Source of the DNA: Lepidodermella squamata | Lineage: Eukaryota > Animalia > Gastrotricha | Length of the DNA: 64,000 bases | Assembly (NCBI GenBank): GCA_047495785.1 | Contig: JBLDXI010000028.1 | Span: forward strand, 1,798,001 to 1,862,000 | Direction of reading: 5' to 3' | In this document: in pieces, positions 1-11,893 of the stretch | How the letters are laid out: each line of letters opens with the position of its first letter | Position numbering within the stretch: the stretch's first letter is position 1 | Position numbers and translations under genes: made by a program | Notes under the pieces: model-generated | The model's input: only the letters and a program-made list of their open reading frames with translations | What the model was told of the DNA's origin: nothing | Databases searched by the model: none

Positions 1-257
1 AATAATTTGAAAATAATGAATCGCACTACTTATTTTTTCCGAGTACTTAACACCGCTTCAATGGCTCGTGGATGCGACGAAGTCTTGGCCGTAATGCACA
101 TGGACAATCCGGGTATCAATCGCTCGATCGTCAGCCCAAAGTCGACCAATATTTCCGGATTAAAAGATAGTAACTAGCGTAGTAGTGGCGAATAGTCTAA
201 GCCACTAGGTTACCGCGATAGTTCAAAAGTTTCATCATTTTCTTTTCAATATTTCAA

Positions 258-540
258 GTGCTGTTGCTTTGTCAAGTGCTTGTAGCCAAATGCTATGCTC
301 GTATCCTGGAAGGAAAACTCCGAGATAAACTGGTGAAAATCCTTGAAGACAATCAGCATGGTTTTATGAGGAATAAAAGCATAGGCGACTGCACGTTCAT
401 GTTAAAGCAGCTAATTGAGAAAGTTGTTGAGTTTGATCAATTATTTTTTATCAATTTTATGGACCTCGAGAAGGCATTCGATTTATTAAACAGGGAAGAG
501 GTATGGAAAGCATTAGAAGATCTTGGCGTGGAAAAAGACC
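258..540 (+). mobile_element. Non-LTR retrotransposon (RTE-like LINE) reverse transcriptase fragment, in intron 1 of TPR copy F
   Basis: Translation has NQHGFMRNKS...FINFMDLEKAFDLLNREEVWKAL, the QxGF and DxxKAFD motifs of LINE RT; truncated at both ends. Confidence 0.9.
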
Positions 541-945
541 TCGATTATCAACACTACAGCTCGATTTCCATTGGCTTTTTCTAGCTCTTTGCAGGACAAG
601 CAGCATGCTTAGCGCACGGACGCGCTCAAGGCGCGATCGAGTGCACACGCGCGGGAGACTGTAATTATCTTGAATTTTGCGCAACGAGCCCCAACCATTA
701 GGAGCGCGCGCGCAAAGGAAACTCCGGCGGGCCGGGAAATGTGCTGAACTTCGCGTTATTAAGCTTTGGGAATCCTGCCACTCCCAACCATTTAACATTA
801 GCTGAGCGAAATGAGAAAAACTAAAACCTACACTTGTATATGAAAAATTGAGAAATTTTGAAATCTGAAAACTACTCAAGCAACTCGATATTATGTAAAA
901 AAAATTCGAATCTGCGAACTCAATAAAAAAACAAGATCGAAATAC

Positions 946-1474
946 CTTTGACAACAGTCATAGAGGCGGGTGGCTTCATCGCTATCATCAAAGTTATGCA
1001 GTCTTCAGCCATTTCATCATAGCCAAGATGCGAGTAAGCGATAGCACACAACTGAAAGGCTCTCAAAGGCCGCATGACAAGTCGCATGACCAGCTTCGAA
1101 TAGATTATCGCCTCTTCGAACCGATTCAGTTGAATACAGCATTGCGAGGCGTTGGTGTAGAAACGAGTGTCTTCGGGCGGCGGCCAATCGGCTGAGTAGA
1201 TCGCAGATTTGTACGTTTCAAGGGCTTCTTCAAATTTTTTAGCTTCAAACAACTTGTTACCCAGGATTCGACGTTCTTCCTGCCGTGCAGCGACTTCGTT
1301 GACTAATTTCTCGCCACCGCCTAGTTCAACTTGAATTTTCCGGTGCAATTGTTCCACATCTTCAAGAGAGTTGAGCTCAGAAAGCAGGTTCAAAGTTGCA
1401 TCGCCGTCCCAATTGGAGGACTTCACCTTTTCGCCGTACTCAAAGTTACCAAACAGGGTCTCGTATAACTTCAT
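946..1474 (-). CDS. TPR-family copy F, exon 1 (rest of gene lies outside the window)
   Basis: ATG at 1474; MKLYETLFGNFEYGEKV...GNKLFEAKKFEEALETYKSAI...YTNASQC; phase-1 donor G|GTATTT after 946; 529 nt, the same length as in copies A and E; acceptor TTCTAG at 1491-1492. Confidence 0.85.
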
Positions 1475-1689
1475 TTTGCATATAAAATACCTAGAAATCG
1501 AGAAATAAGAATAATTACGGGACTCGCCCTAGCTGACAAGCATTTTTCAGCGCTTTTGATTTCGCTGCATGCAAATCCAGGATGTACATGATGCCATAGA
1601 GAATCGAATGGTATGAATTAAATGACCATAAACAAGTGAAAAGAGGGGCTTGGCATCTTTTCTGTATTTGCCAGCAAATAATGGCAAAA

Positions 1690-2150
1690 AGTGTGTTGAC
1701 TTCACGAGGGACGATTCCTGGAATCCTAGATTTTTTAACCAAGTTTTTCCTAAGGATTTGGAATTTTCAAAATTTAGAGCTCTAGGATGCTCCCATCCAC
1801 CTCGGAAGATGAGAAGCTTATTTCATAGGCAGAAAAGCCGAAAAGGCAGAATTTATTGCGCCACGAATTATAAATTGATGCAATAAAAAACACAATTTTT
1901 TCAAGCGCGCCTTTTTTCGAATTGACCCTTTCTCAGTCAAATTCTCTCAGCAACAAGAGCAAGTTCTCAGGTAAATTTTGAAGCTCATTTTCTCAGCAAC
2001 AATGATGAATATCAACCTCTTTTTGATATCGTTCGACTCCTCGTTCACTGATCTTGAAAGTGGCCTAAAAATCCCAAGATGTCAAAAATTTCGCCAAACC
2101 CGCCTTTCACTTGTTAACGGTCAAACATTAAGTATGAAAAAATATCGTGA
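1690..2150. repeat. Interspersed repeat, diverged copy of 34160-34710 (related TCTCAGC-rich scrap near 26280-26340)
   Basis: Shared blocks GGATGCTCCCAT, ATCAACCTCTTTTT, TATCGTTCGACTCCT, AAAATTTCGCCAA and TTTCACTTGT.AACGGTCAAA occur in the same order at both sites. Confidence 0.75.
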
Positions 2151-2512
2151 TCAAGTTACCCCGCATTTAAAATAAAAGAGCGGTAAGTCTTTCAACGGAA
2201 CAAGTTCAGCAAAACAGATTCCTGAGCATACCTTTCATTTATCACTCGTCTTCAATTCCAATATTCGCCGGTCGTCCTTGGTCAGTTCCTCTATAAACTT
2301 CAAACCACGTTTGTGAAAGATTCCTCGAACTTCTGGAATTCGAAATATGCTGACTCACCGGAATTTTTTATTTTTGACTCCCGAGGACGATGAACTAATT
2401 TTTATTCCTTTTATTACGTGATCTCATCTTGGACGAGTTTATCCACTAGCAAGTCAAGCAGATCAATTTTCCTATAATTTGATCTCGTAACTGAATCTGG
2501 ACGGATGGTGTC

Positions 2513-3619
2513 TCATCGAATAGCTCGAAGAACGAAAATGCAAATTAAGCAGAAGGCAATAAGTGCTACCGAACAAGCTATAGCATCCATCAGCCTATTT
2601 AGAGACAGCTTGAAACGTCCGCGAACTACAACGTTGCGATTGAACCATTTGGAGTACTTTTTCGTCATGAAGCACGTTACAAATGCGTACACAGTAATCA
2701 GCAGCGTCAACAGTTCACAAGAGCGCGTGAAATCCGTTAGTAGCATCCGCCCGGGCTTTGCTGGAGTCCTCCGGTTTACTTCAAGCCTCAAAACGGCCAT
2801 AGCGAGGAGAACAGTAATTGCAAAACCTGGTCTCAAGGGCTTAGCTGCGTGAATGGCGATAGAGAGGAACTGCATTGATGTTAATATGATGCAAGGAAGC
2901 ATTAGAAACCGAATGTAAAAGTCGGGTCGTCGTCTGAATGACAATTCAAATCTCGTCTGTACCCCGCCAACAAGAGTTGAACGCGATCCGATATTCACCA
3001 ACTCCCAGTTGTCGAAGTATCTAGCGGGATCGGAGATACCTTTGCGAGTTCCAAAAAACGTGGCATCTTGCAGTCTATTTCCAATACGAAGCCGGATTGA
3101 ACACAATTGATCGTCAAAAGGGAAATTGGTCAAGTCGATTTCACATTGGGAAAAGGCAATACCTCGCAGCGTCATCTGGAAAATCGCAGTTATGTCGTGA
3201 GTTTTTATAAGTAGTTCCTTTTGAAAGAATTTCATAGCAGGATCATTCATAGAATTGTCGTGATATATCAGAGGTGCCCAGTAAAGCGAGGCATTTGGAT
3301 AGAATACGTCTTCAGTATACTTTCTCAGTTGTGTGCAGTTTACAGTCCAAATAAAATAAATTTGAACCAGCAACTTGGAGCTCTGAGCAACATCGTCAAT
3401 TCCGTAGTTGCGCTTGACCACCATGTCGATTTCAATACGCGTAGGGTTACAGGAATGGTCGGAGTAGGCGAAACTGTTGCTAGTGTTGCAGTTAGGATTC
3501 ATAGACTCAACAGATAACTGACTGCAAACTTTCAGCAAACCTAAGCTTCTAAGATTTGCTATCCTCAATAATTGCCAGCTTGAGCCTACGCTCGAGAGCA
3601 TGATGAGTAGGAAAAACAT
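2513..3619 (-). CDS. Cys-loop (pentameric) ligand-gated ion channel subunit, orphan, intronless CDS, ~368 aa
   Basis: Signal-peptide-like start MFFLLIMLSSVG (ATG 3619, acceptor TACCAG 2 nt upstream); loop A YWAPLIY; Cys-loop CEIDLTNFPFDDQLC (C-x13-C with FPFD); pre-M1 RRRPDFYIRFLMLPC; M2 RPGFAITVLLAMAV; M3; short loop; M4. Confidence 0.9.
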   Translation of the reverse strand: MFFLLIMLSSVGSSWQLLRIANLRSLGLLKVCSQLSVESMNPNCNTSNSFAYSDHSCNPTRIEIDMVVKRNYGIDDVAQSSKLLVQIYFIWTVNCTQLRKYTEDVFYPNASLYWAPLIYHDNSMNDPAMKFFQKELLIKTHDITAIFQMTLRGIAFSQCEIDLTNFPFDDQLCSIRLRIGNRLQDATFFGTRKGISDPARYFDNWELVNIGSRSTLVGGVQTRFELSFRRRPDFYIRFLMLPCIILTSMQFLSIAIHAAKPLRPGFAITVLLAMAVLRLEVNRRTPAKPGRMLLTDFTRSCELLTLLITVYAFVTCFMTKKYSKWFNRNVVVRGRFKLSLNRLMDAIACSVALIAFCLICIFVLRAIR

Positions 3620-4325
3620 CCCTGGTATAAAAAATTTCAAAATCAACTGGCTGTAGTTGAGGTAAAAAACGCTGGCAAAGCTCAAATGCGATGTTTGCCA
3701 GGAAATAGAAAATATCACCCATCCGGAATTCAATCATAACACAATAACTGCAGTGGGATTGAGAGGATGTTCAATAACACCACATCTTCGATGAAAACAC
3801 GCTCACCACCTGAGTTTGCCAGCTCAGGTTTTTAGAGCGGAAAAGCAAAGCCTGCACAATGAAAGTATCAAACAGCTATACAGTGGGAAAAAAATTAAAT
3901 CGATTCACATCAACAGAGATTCCAAAAGTATAGGTCACAAAATTGTATTAATTTTAATTTTGATTTAATCTGATTGATTTTGAATAGAAATTTGTATGTT
4001 GATAAATTCACGCTGCCAAGTTGAAGACAATTTTTTCACGATTATTTTGTTAACAGAAAAATTTGATTTGATATTCATTGAACATACTTCTGTGATTACA
4101 TCATCGTACTGATTCAGCTGAATCTAAAGCCGAGAAGCTAAGTATAGGTTTGCCAACTTGAAGATGTTGAGAGCTTCTTCATTCTTCAAACTGACTAAAC
4201 AGGGTGCCGTAAAACTTCATACAACCCGTATAAGATACCAACCTATAAGGAAAAATGTGGAAAATCAATTTATTTTAGTAAAAAACTGATTTCCTCTCAA
4301 AAATGATAGAATCAAACTGCTCATT

Positions 4326-7300
4326 TCAGTTGGATACCATTTCAAGCCTCGGGCAGTTCGGATCGATAGTGAAGATCAGAACTTCGAATTTCTTCGAAAA
4401 TTGAGCGAGCAAATGAATTGTTACGTAAACATTATTGATAATATTAGCGATCAGCATTTGTTCGGGATCATTTCGCAAAAACTGCCTAGGTGGTCGAAAA
4501 TCTTTCGCCAAAAGAACCAGTTCTTCGATGAAATTGCCCTTGGATTCAGTAAAAATCGGTGATTTCTCCCAAAATGAGTCGAGTTTCTTGACGAAGCTCA
4601 AAATTTGCAGATACAACAGCGATATGGTGACAACATCTTTGCGGTAGAAGAAATTCGTCGGTGCGCGTTTGAAATCTCGAATTACGATGGGCAGATTTTG
4701 AGCCGCATAAAACGCGAATGCCGGTCGTTTGGCACAGGCTTCAGCGATTTTGTGGTCTTTTGCCGCTTTTTGCCAGAAATAGCTCGGTGACATGTATTTC
4801 GCAGTGCCTTTATTTTCACGAGATACGAAGTACAGGATATGACCTAAAATTAAAAGGAAAAAGATGAAACTTTGAAAATTGATAGGCGAGTAATTGAAGC
4901 GACATTAGACTCAGCTTGGTTTTATAATGAAAACTAAAGGAAAACTAAATTTCAAGAACAATTGTTTTTTCTGTCGGTATTACAGTAAGTTTGCTAAACC
5001 ACGACACGGTTGCATCTCGGTTACCGTCCAATTGGCAATCGAATGGGCGCATTAAAAAATCGGCTAAATGCCGTAGAAATTCGTTTGAATGCCCGCATCG
5101 ACACGTTGGAAATTCGTCTCAACAATGTAAGAAATATTATTCCGCTAATTGCTCCCCCCTCCTCAGGTATGGTCGCAATTTGTTGCATCTGCTCAATTTT
5201 TAAAAACCAACTAATAATTTCGGGTAAGTAAAAAACTAGTCATAAACGAAATCGACTACATTGCTAATTATTGCGTCTTTAGCAGGTTAAGTTAATTGTT
5301 TTGGTTAGTTCATAGCTAATAAACCAGATTTTTACCGCAGTTCCTGATTTGATTGCCGATGCTGTTAATCTTGACCTGGACCTTGACCTGATATGCAACA
5401 TGGAACTCTAATGCGAACACATTTTCAGATGTGGATCCTCACGAACCTTTCTATACCCAGGGATGTTGCATTCTTCGGGACCCCCTCGCCCACCCCACTA
5501 TGGAAGTTCGATAAAGGCGCTTAAAAAGCAATCGAAAAATGCAAATGCAAAACGTTGGTTACGGAGTCTCGTTTGACATCGGCAGCTTCGTTGAAGTAGT
5601 TTATGATCGAGTGCGAATGCGCGGTAGACAAACAGAAGCTAAGCTGCAATGTTTCTATGATGGAATCCCGCCATGCGCTCGCCAGGCATGGATCTTGATG
5701 AAGCACCTCTGAAATGTATCCCAGAAGTACCAGAAAGGAACCTATGATATTTTTTCTGGGATTTTATCTCAAAATTTTGCTGAATTTCCTACTTTCCTAC
5801 TTCACCCTCGTGCGCCGTACTAAAGGGTAAGTTTGGCTCGTGACGTCAATTTTTTAATTTTAAGGTATGCCCAGGCATTGTGAAATATCTCATGGTCGGA
5901 ATCTGGCACAAGCCGAGTTCCCCTTAGCATGTTGGATCACGTGATCACAGATGGAGCCAGTCAATCGACAGTCGGCTGAACGGTCGTGACTCAACACGAC
6001 AAGTCGCGCCCAAGGACGATGAGAGGTGCGTCGTCTAGCATGCGCAGGACTACAGGAAGTTTCTCCTGGGCTACGGCCCAATTCGTCTTGCAAAAGTACC
6101 TGACACCAGCGCAAGCGATATTTAATTTTTAGAGATTATGCTTACTGTCGTCGATTCTTGTGACTAATTTTGATACTTAACGCAAAAACGATTGGTGACA
6201 AAACTGGTAATACTTGTTGGAATAGCTCTGAAACTTGATCGTTGATTTTTTACTTGCTAGACCCTGAAGACGGCTAAATAAAAGCCGAAACATGTCGGAA
6301 TAGGCGACTGGATTCGTTTTATAGTCAATAGCATGATATCGCTATACCACCAATACGATACCTTATTACGACTAATAATTCTTGCCCGTTACCTCATCCG
6401 TCTCGCCGGTTGCTCACCTAACGGCTGCAATGCAAATTCTCGTCTACCAAAGCCACCACGTAGGTGCTGGTTGGCTACACCGATGCCGACAAGAGTCGAT
6501 TGCCCCATCGATTGCAACGGCTATAGAATCGTCGTCTAACGCTGATGACAATCCGAGGGGGCTGTGGGCCACGGCTATGTAGACTACACAGCACGTCTCG
6601 ATCAGGGGGAAGAAGTTCCGCGTAAGAGGCCGCTTAGCCAATGGGCTAGTGAATCGCCGAGTCGATACCAAACTTTGTTGGACGAAGTAGTGTCCCTGAG
6701 AAAGCAACTGCATTCTAAAAGTGACGAGCCTATCGATGAGCCCCGTGCTAACATGAGCACCAAGTCTGCAGCTAACCGCGACATCGGCGACAACAACAGC
6801 GCCGCCACCACCTTCAAGCCTGCGTCGAAGTCCCGCCCCACCAGCGATCAGCCTGGCACCGCCACCAGCCAAAAGCCTTCGGCGAAGACTCGCGTCACCG
6901 GCGACAAGACCAGCGTCGATACCGGTGTATACATCAGCGCTAATAAGCCAGGATCCATGTCTCGCGCCAACACCAGCAGCGCTAGCACCGGCGTCAAGAT
7001 CGGAGTCGCGCCCCGCGCCAATACGGGCGGCAACACCGGCACCAAGAACGGCGGCAACATCACCTCGACGCCCCGCACCAACACTAACGTCAAGATAGCG
7101 GTGACGCCACGCGCCAATACGGACGGCAACACGGGCGCCAAGACCGGCGGCAACATCACCTCGACGCCCCGCACCAATGCCAGCCAAAGCGAAAACCTAA
7201 CGTCATCAAAAACTGTCTCGTCTCGTCCATGTGTAACTAGCAGCCAGAGATGATCATCAATGATCATCTTACGTCACAAAACTGACTGAGACGTTTTACC

Positions 7301-10300
7301 TAACTTTGTTTTTAGGAAAAACAACGTACAGGGTGCACCGCTCACCCACTTTTATTTTTCATGCCTCTTCAAAGATCATCCATTTTTTCCCCCAATTTTG
7401 CAATCAGGGTAATATTTCTCCGCTTTTTCACAAACGTAGTCGTTAGCGACACAATTTTTACCATCTTACCTTTCATTTTTTTCAAGATACTTGAAGCGGC
7501 AATATTTGTTTTTCTCATTATTTCGACCAGTTTTTAACTACGACGGTTTTAACATGTCTCAGTTTTTTTTACCAATTTATCCACTCCACGTTTCACCATT
7601 TTTTTTAATTAAGATGTTTTTGAACTGTCGCTGATAGCATAAAATTTTACATAATAACACAAAAAACAAAAACGAATTTGAATTGGCTTATATAAGCCTA
7701 AATGTCTAATTTGTAGTTACATCCTTCTTAAATTGTGCTCTATAGTTCTATTTCAGCCTATACATGGGCTACATTCGATGCTGGCTACATTCGATGCTGG
7801 CTACAATCGATTTGGGAGAGTTAACCGGTTCAGGTTGGTTGAACTGATTATAGCGAATAATATATCAATTTATATCAATAAATAAGCTAATTCGTCTCCT
7901 TTGCCAGGACTTATGTTATCACCGAACTTGGTCGCTTCCTCAGTTGAGCTTCATTTCCACTCGCATTCACTTTTACCATATACCTGACTCTTCAACACCT
8001 CACAAGGACATTGTCATCTGCAGTAACTTTATGAATTTTACTAATAATTTCTAGCTCTGATATTCGTCGAAATTAACGGACCGGCTCTCACCAAGTTGCA
8101 TCGAGCCAAATTTTTCAAATCGTGGGAATCGCAGTTCAGGAAGTTCTCAAAAATGGCTGTAGGCGCCTGTTTATTCTGAAATTGAGCTTGAAAAGGTTGA
8201 CATGTTTGGTGATCGTCTATTTTCTGGTCACGTTCCTCGGTAATTTTTTTGAGAAAGCAAACTATTTTTTTCAAACTATTGATATTATATTTATCAATCA
8301 TCAAATTATAGAAAGCATAATTAAGAATTGACACTTTCCGGCAAAGGAACATAAAAAATCCACTTACTTAGATTTGAAGCGATGATGATCGCATTTCCGA
8401 GCTGAGCTTCACTGGCACGGCGCCATGGTTCCAAAAACCATTCAGGACAATCGGCCGCAAGACTGCCCAGTCTCATCATAACCATAGGAAACGGATTGCC
8501 ATCTTCTATCACCAACTTGGTCGAAGAACAAAACCCCGCTATCCAAGTATATATCGAAAACGTTGGGTCACAAATCGGAAAATGACCTTTGACAAAGCGG
8601 TCACGCATCGCTGGGCTGTCGTCAAAGGCTAAGAAAAGGGCTAAATAGTGCTCGAAAATTTGTCGATGCATCGGAGAAAGGGTTAACAAGCGGATCGTAT
8701 CACGGCCCACGATCTGCTTGCCCAGTTCACAGATAAATTCAATGAAGCCTGGTATGGTGACTAAATCACGCATCGCCTGATCGCGTAGGTCGATATTGGT
8801 GGTATCTCGCGGCACCACATACAGAATAATTCGGAAAACCAAAAGCATAGCGGCAGTCTCGAAGAATGACAGGCTTGAAAAAACAATATCCTGCGAGAAA
8901 AGCCGCTTGACAAGCGGAATTTGTTTGAAAATTCGCAGGATCCCAGCTTGGTAGAGAGGTCGGTCGATGTTGCCCTCGTCCTTAACAGCGAAGGAAACCA
9001 GATTGTCCAGGGTGAAGAGGAATTTCATCTCTTCCTTCGAACCGCTTGGCATTGGCAAATTTCCGAGCGATATCAGGCTTTTCAGTTCCGATTTCATGCT
9101 GTCGACATCGAACGAACGGGTGCGGCCCAAGGGACGTTGACCCACAATCTCGTCGCATTTATCCATCGTTTCTATAATAATGAAATATACATTTTTAAAA
9201 GCGCAGAGTTGAAACATGGCAATATTTATAAATTATTTTGAAACCAAATGTGGGAGTCCGACAAGGTGACCCACTTTATTCACCACTTTTGTTCTCGATT
9301 TTTATAAACTTCAGAGACAGTCAGAAGTTCCGCACGGTGGGCTGGACGGAGAAACGTAGTCAAAACAGAGCACGTGCGATTTTTTGGTTTATTTCTCGCA
9401 CTCGATGGGCATCAGTTGTGCTGGCGTAAAGGAGGACACATTTAAAAGTTTCAAAAATTTGAATAAATACATGAGATGAGTTTCACGCCGAACTTGAAGA
9501 AACGCAAAATAGATCATCTTTCACAAGTTGTGATTAGTGAATTTGCTATATTCTCAACTTTCAATGAGCCTATATTTTTTAGCCTGTAAGAAGTCCGATT
9601 GAAACTAGGTCGTGGATTAACAAGTCCAAGCTGCAACGTCTTGAAAAAGGAAAGGTGAATATTGCCCGATTCGTTGAGTCAGGTCCAGGCATACAATACG
9701 GTCAATACAGGCTTAAAACTCAATTGAACATATAGAAACGACGTATATAACTTTTTCCAAGAGGCTTTACGTAGGTTTACGTACAACTTGACGGCGACCT
9801 ACAAGAATCCCTTAAAACTTGATTACATAAATTTGTTTTCCAGTTTTGAATTATAATTGAACTGGACAACCTTCCCGCAAAAAGAAGGTAAACGTAAATG
9901 TTTACTCTGATTAACTATCAATTAAAAGAAAGGTGCTAACATTTACCTTGAATAAAAGATTTCTTAGCAGGTATCCTCATTTGTTCCATCACGCCTACGA
10001 AATCTTCCGCCATTTCATCAAATCCAAGGTGGGTCAGAGCGATGGCGGCTAGTTGGCACGCTCTATGTGGACTCTCAGCAAAATGAAGGACCAACTTGGA
10101 GTAGACGACCGCCTCTTCGAACCTTTGCAGCTGAATACAGCACAGCGAAGCATTTGTGTAAAAGCGAGTATCTTCAGGCGGTGGCCAATCAGCGGAACAA
10201 ATCGCTGACGTGTACGTTTCAAGGGCATCTTCATACTGCTCAGTTTCATACAATTTGTTGCCTTTCAATCGAAGCTCTTCTTGCCGAGCTGCAATTTCTT

Positions 10301-10475
10301 CTACCAATTTTACACCACCGCTAACTTCGATTCGAATTGCCTGATGCAATTTTCGCACATCTTCGACAGATTTCAGGCCAGCGAGCAGGTTCAGCGTTTC
10401 TTCGCCGTCCCAGTTTGAAGTTGTCACTTTTTCGCCATACTCAAATTTACCAAATAGCGTTTCGAATAGCTTCAT
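4326..10475 (-). CDS. TPR-family copy E, 616 aa; exons 9947-10475, 8368-9171, 4326-4843
   Basis: Exons of 529+804+518 nt join in frame with GT-AG sites (introns 775 and 3524 nt, both phase 1); collinear with the near-continuous copy B. Confidence 0.85.
6257..6303 (+). ncRNA. Minimal type I hammerhead ribozyme-like motif (Penelope-like element type)
   Basis: CTGAAGA (6264-6270), C, stem II GGCT-AAATAAA-AGCC, GAAA, palindromic ACATGT stem III, cleavage site UC (6295-6296); imperfect stem I CTAGACC/GGAATAG. Confidence 0.6.
6380..7253 (+). mobile_element. GC-rich low-complexity ORF remnant (229 aa open at 6564-7253) with a 96-bp tandem repeat, probably the 5' part of a retroelement
   Basis: Thr/Asn/Gly-rich; 32-aa unit VKIxVxPRANTxGNTGxKxGGNITSTPRTN repeated (units start 6992 and 7088); lies just downstream of the hammerhead motif inside intron 2 of copy E; no catalytic motif visible. 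Confidence 0.4.
7767..7811. repeat. 16-bp tandem repeat (GGCTACATTCGATGCT x~2.8)
   Basis: Directly visible; resembles subterminal repeats of DNA-transposon ends. Confidence 0.8.
9241..9312 (+). mobile_element. LINE RT scrap (GVRQGDPLYSPLLFSIFIN)
   Basis: Matches the GVRQG-x-x-LSPLLF RT motif; only ~70 bp. Confidence 0.75.
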
Positions 10476-11715
10476 TTTTCATTCGAAATAAACAAATACC
10501 TAATAATACATCACATGAAATCATGAGCCCCCGGAAACAAGGTTTTATTCTCAACCAAATAAATCAGACGAAGAATAAGATTATAGTTTTGCACAGAATT
10601 TGGTAACTTTCAAGTTACCAGTCCAAAACTGAAGAAAGCTTCTTCAATCAGAGCCTTGATCGTTTGATAATGTTTGCATTATCATTGCGGTAAAAGATTG
10701 ACCGGTTCGCGTTGGAAGTCTCTCGCACGACGATAATGAGTAGACAGGTTTTTTGCCAGAACAAAAACCAGGCTTCAGGCTACAGTGCGAGAACCAAAAT
10801 ACAGGAGATTACCTAAAATAATCAAAATAACAATTATTTTCGTGGAAAGAAATATCCCTTTTCCCGCAGATAACCATTTTAGTAGCAGAAACACACTTTT
10901 CCTGCAGTAAAAACTGGTGTCAATTAATCAATTTTCTAGCAATTCCAGCTCGATGAACGCTATGAAAGCGTGCGTATAAATCGATTCGCAGGCCAGCGAC
11001 CTCAATCGCAGCCGCAACCTTGCTTGCCCAACTTGGGCGATTTGCCGAAGGCGCCTGTTATCCGAAGCACTGCAACAATCGCAGTTGTTAATGGCACTGT
11101 TGACCGTCCTCCAGTTCCGAAGCTGGTGTTCCGTTTGATTGCTCAGCCTGCTGGGAAGCCGACAGGTTAGTGAGTGCTGTTTCCATAATCTATGTTTTTT
11201 CTACATGTAGTTCTTATGGATCCGGTTTATGATTTACGCACTTTTTAATCAATGATAAATGTTTTCGGAATGTTTATGTATTGATAGCGTTTTCATCTTT
11301 CACAGTATTTACATATTGTGGTCTTCGAATGAGTTCTCATCTATTACAGTAGTTTACAAACTTCAACTGTCATGGAATCTCGCCTCTTATCGCGATTCCA
11401 CGCTTTCTCCATGGCCTCGTCATCTACGTGATCTGCTAACTTTCGAGACTTCGCCCAGCCGCTCCAGGCGCTGTAGAACGCCTACGTACCGGTCGAACTT
11501 CGCTGGCAGAGATCGGCTCTGTTCAAATCGCTCCTGAGCGGTTCTCAACCATCCAGTCGATGCTCGAAAATCGGATTGCGGTACCAGCCGTCTCCGAAAT
11601 CCAACAAGCGTTGCTCGCAGAAGACGATCGGCTCGGCTAGTCGCCCAGGCTCCGCTCCACCGGGTCAAGCCCATCACGAAGCAGCTGCCCTATTGGATGT
11701 GGACCAAAATCGCAA

Positions 11716-11769
11716 CAAAATAGCGTACTAGGGCCACTATTATTTACGCTGTACATCAACGAGATGGCC
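11716..11769 (+). mobile_element. LINE (CR1/L2/Jockey-like) RT scrap QNSVLGPLLFTLYINEMA
   Basis: Matches the QGSVLGPLLFxLYIND RT motif. Confidence 0.7.
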
Positions 11770-11845
11770 CCAATACCTCGTTTTGCTAAATTAATTCAGT
11801 TTGCCGACTTCGAGTCGAGCTCAGTTGCTCCCTAGGTTGAATAAA

Positions 11846-11893
11846 ATCACGTGTTTCAATTGTGGAAAGACAAATAATGAAAGAGCTGAATGC
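11846..11893 (+). mobile_element. Degenerate CCHC zinc-knuckle scrap (gag/ORF1)
   Basis: ITCFNCGKTNNERAEC = C-x2-C-x4-(H>N)-x4-C. Confidence 0.5.

Larger units (their letters stand above)
1515..4220 (-). pseudogene. psi2: heavily deleted TPR-family paralog (remnants of exons 1, 2 and 3) enclosing the Cys-loop channel gene
   Basis: Exon 1 remnant ~4090-4220: MKFYGTLFSQFE, then EEALNIFKLA...*IQLNQYDDVI, with acceptor CCTTATAG at 4243-4244. Weaker exon 2-like remnant ~2180-2460: LVDKLVQDE, RIPEVRGIF, FIEELTK, LVPLKDLP versus LYELVQHE, QIPLVKRLF, FICELGK, MVPLDDSP. Weaker exon 3-like end 1515-1600: GIMYILDLHAAKSKALK versus NVIVILTGFANNSKKLR. Confidence 0.55.

Noticed and set aside
6444-7267. Minus-strand ORFs of 247, 139 and 79 aa
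   Set aside because: Shadows of a GC-rich low-complexity plus-strand ORF.
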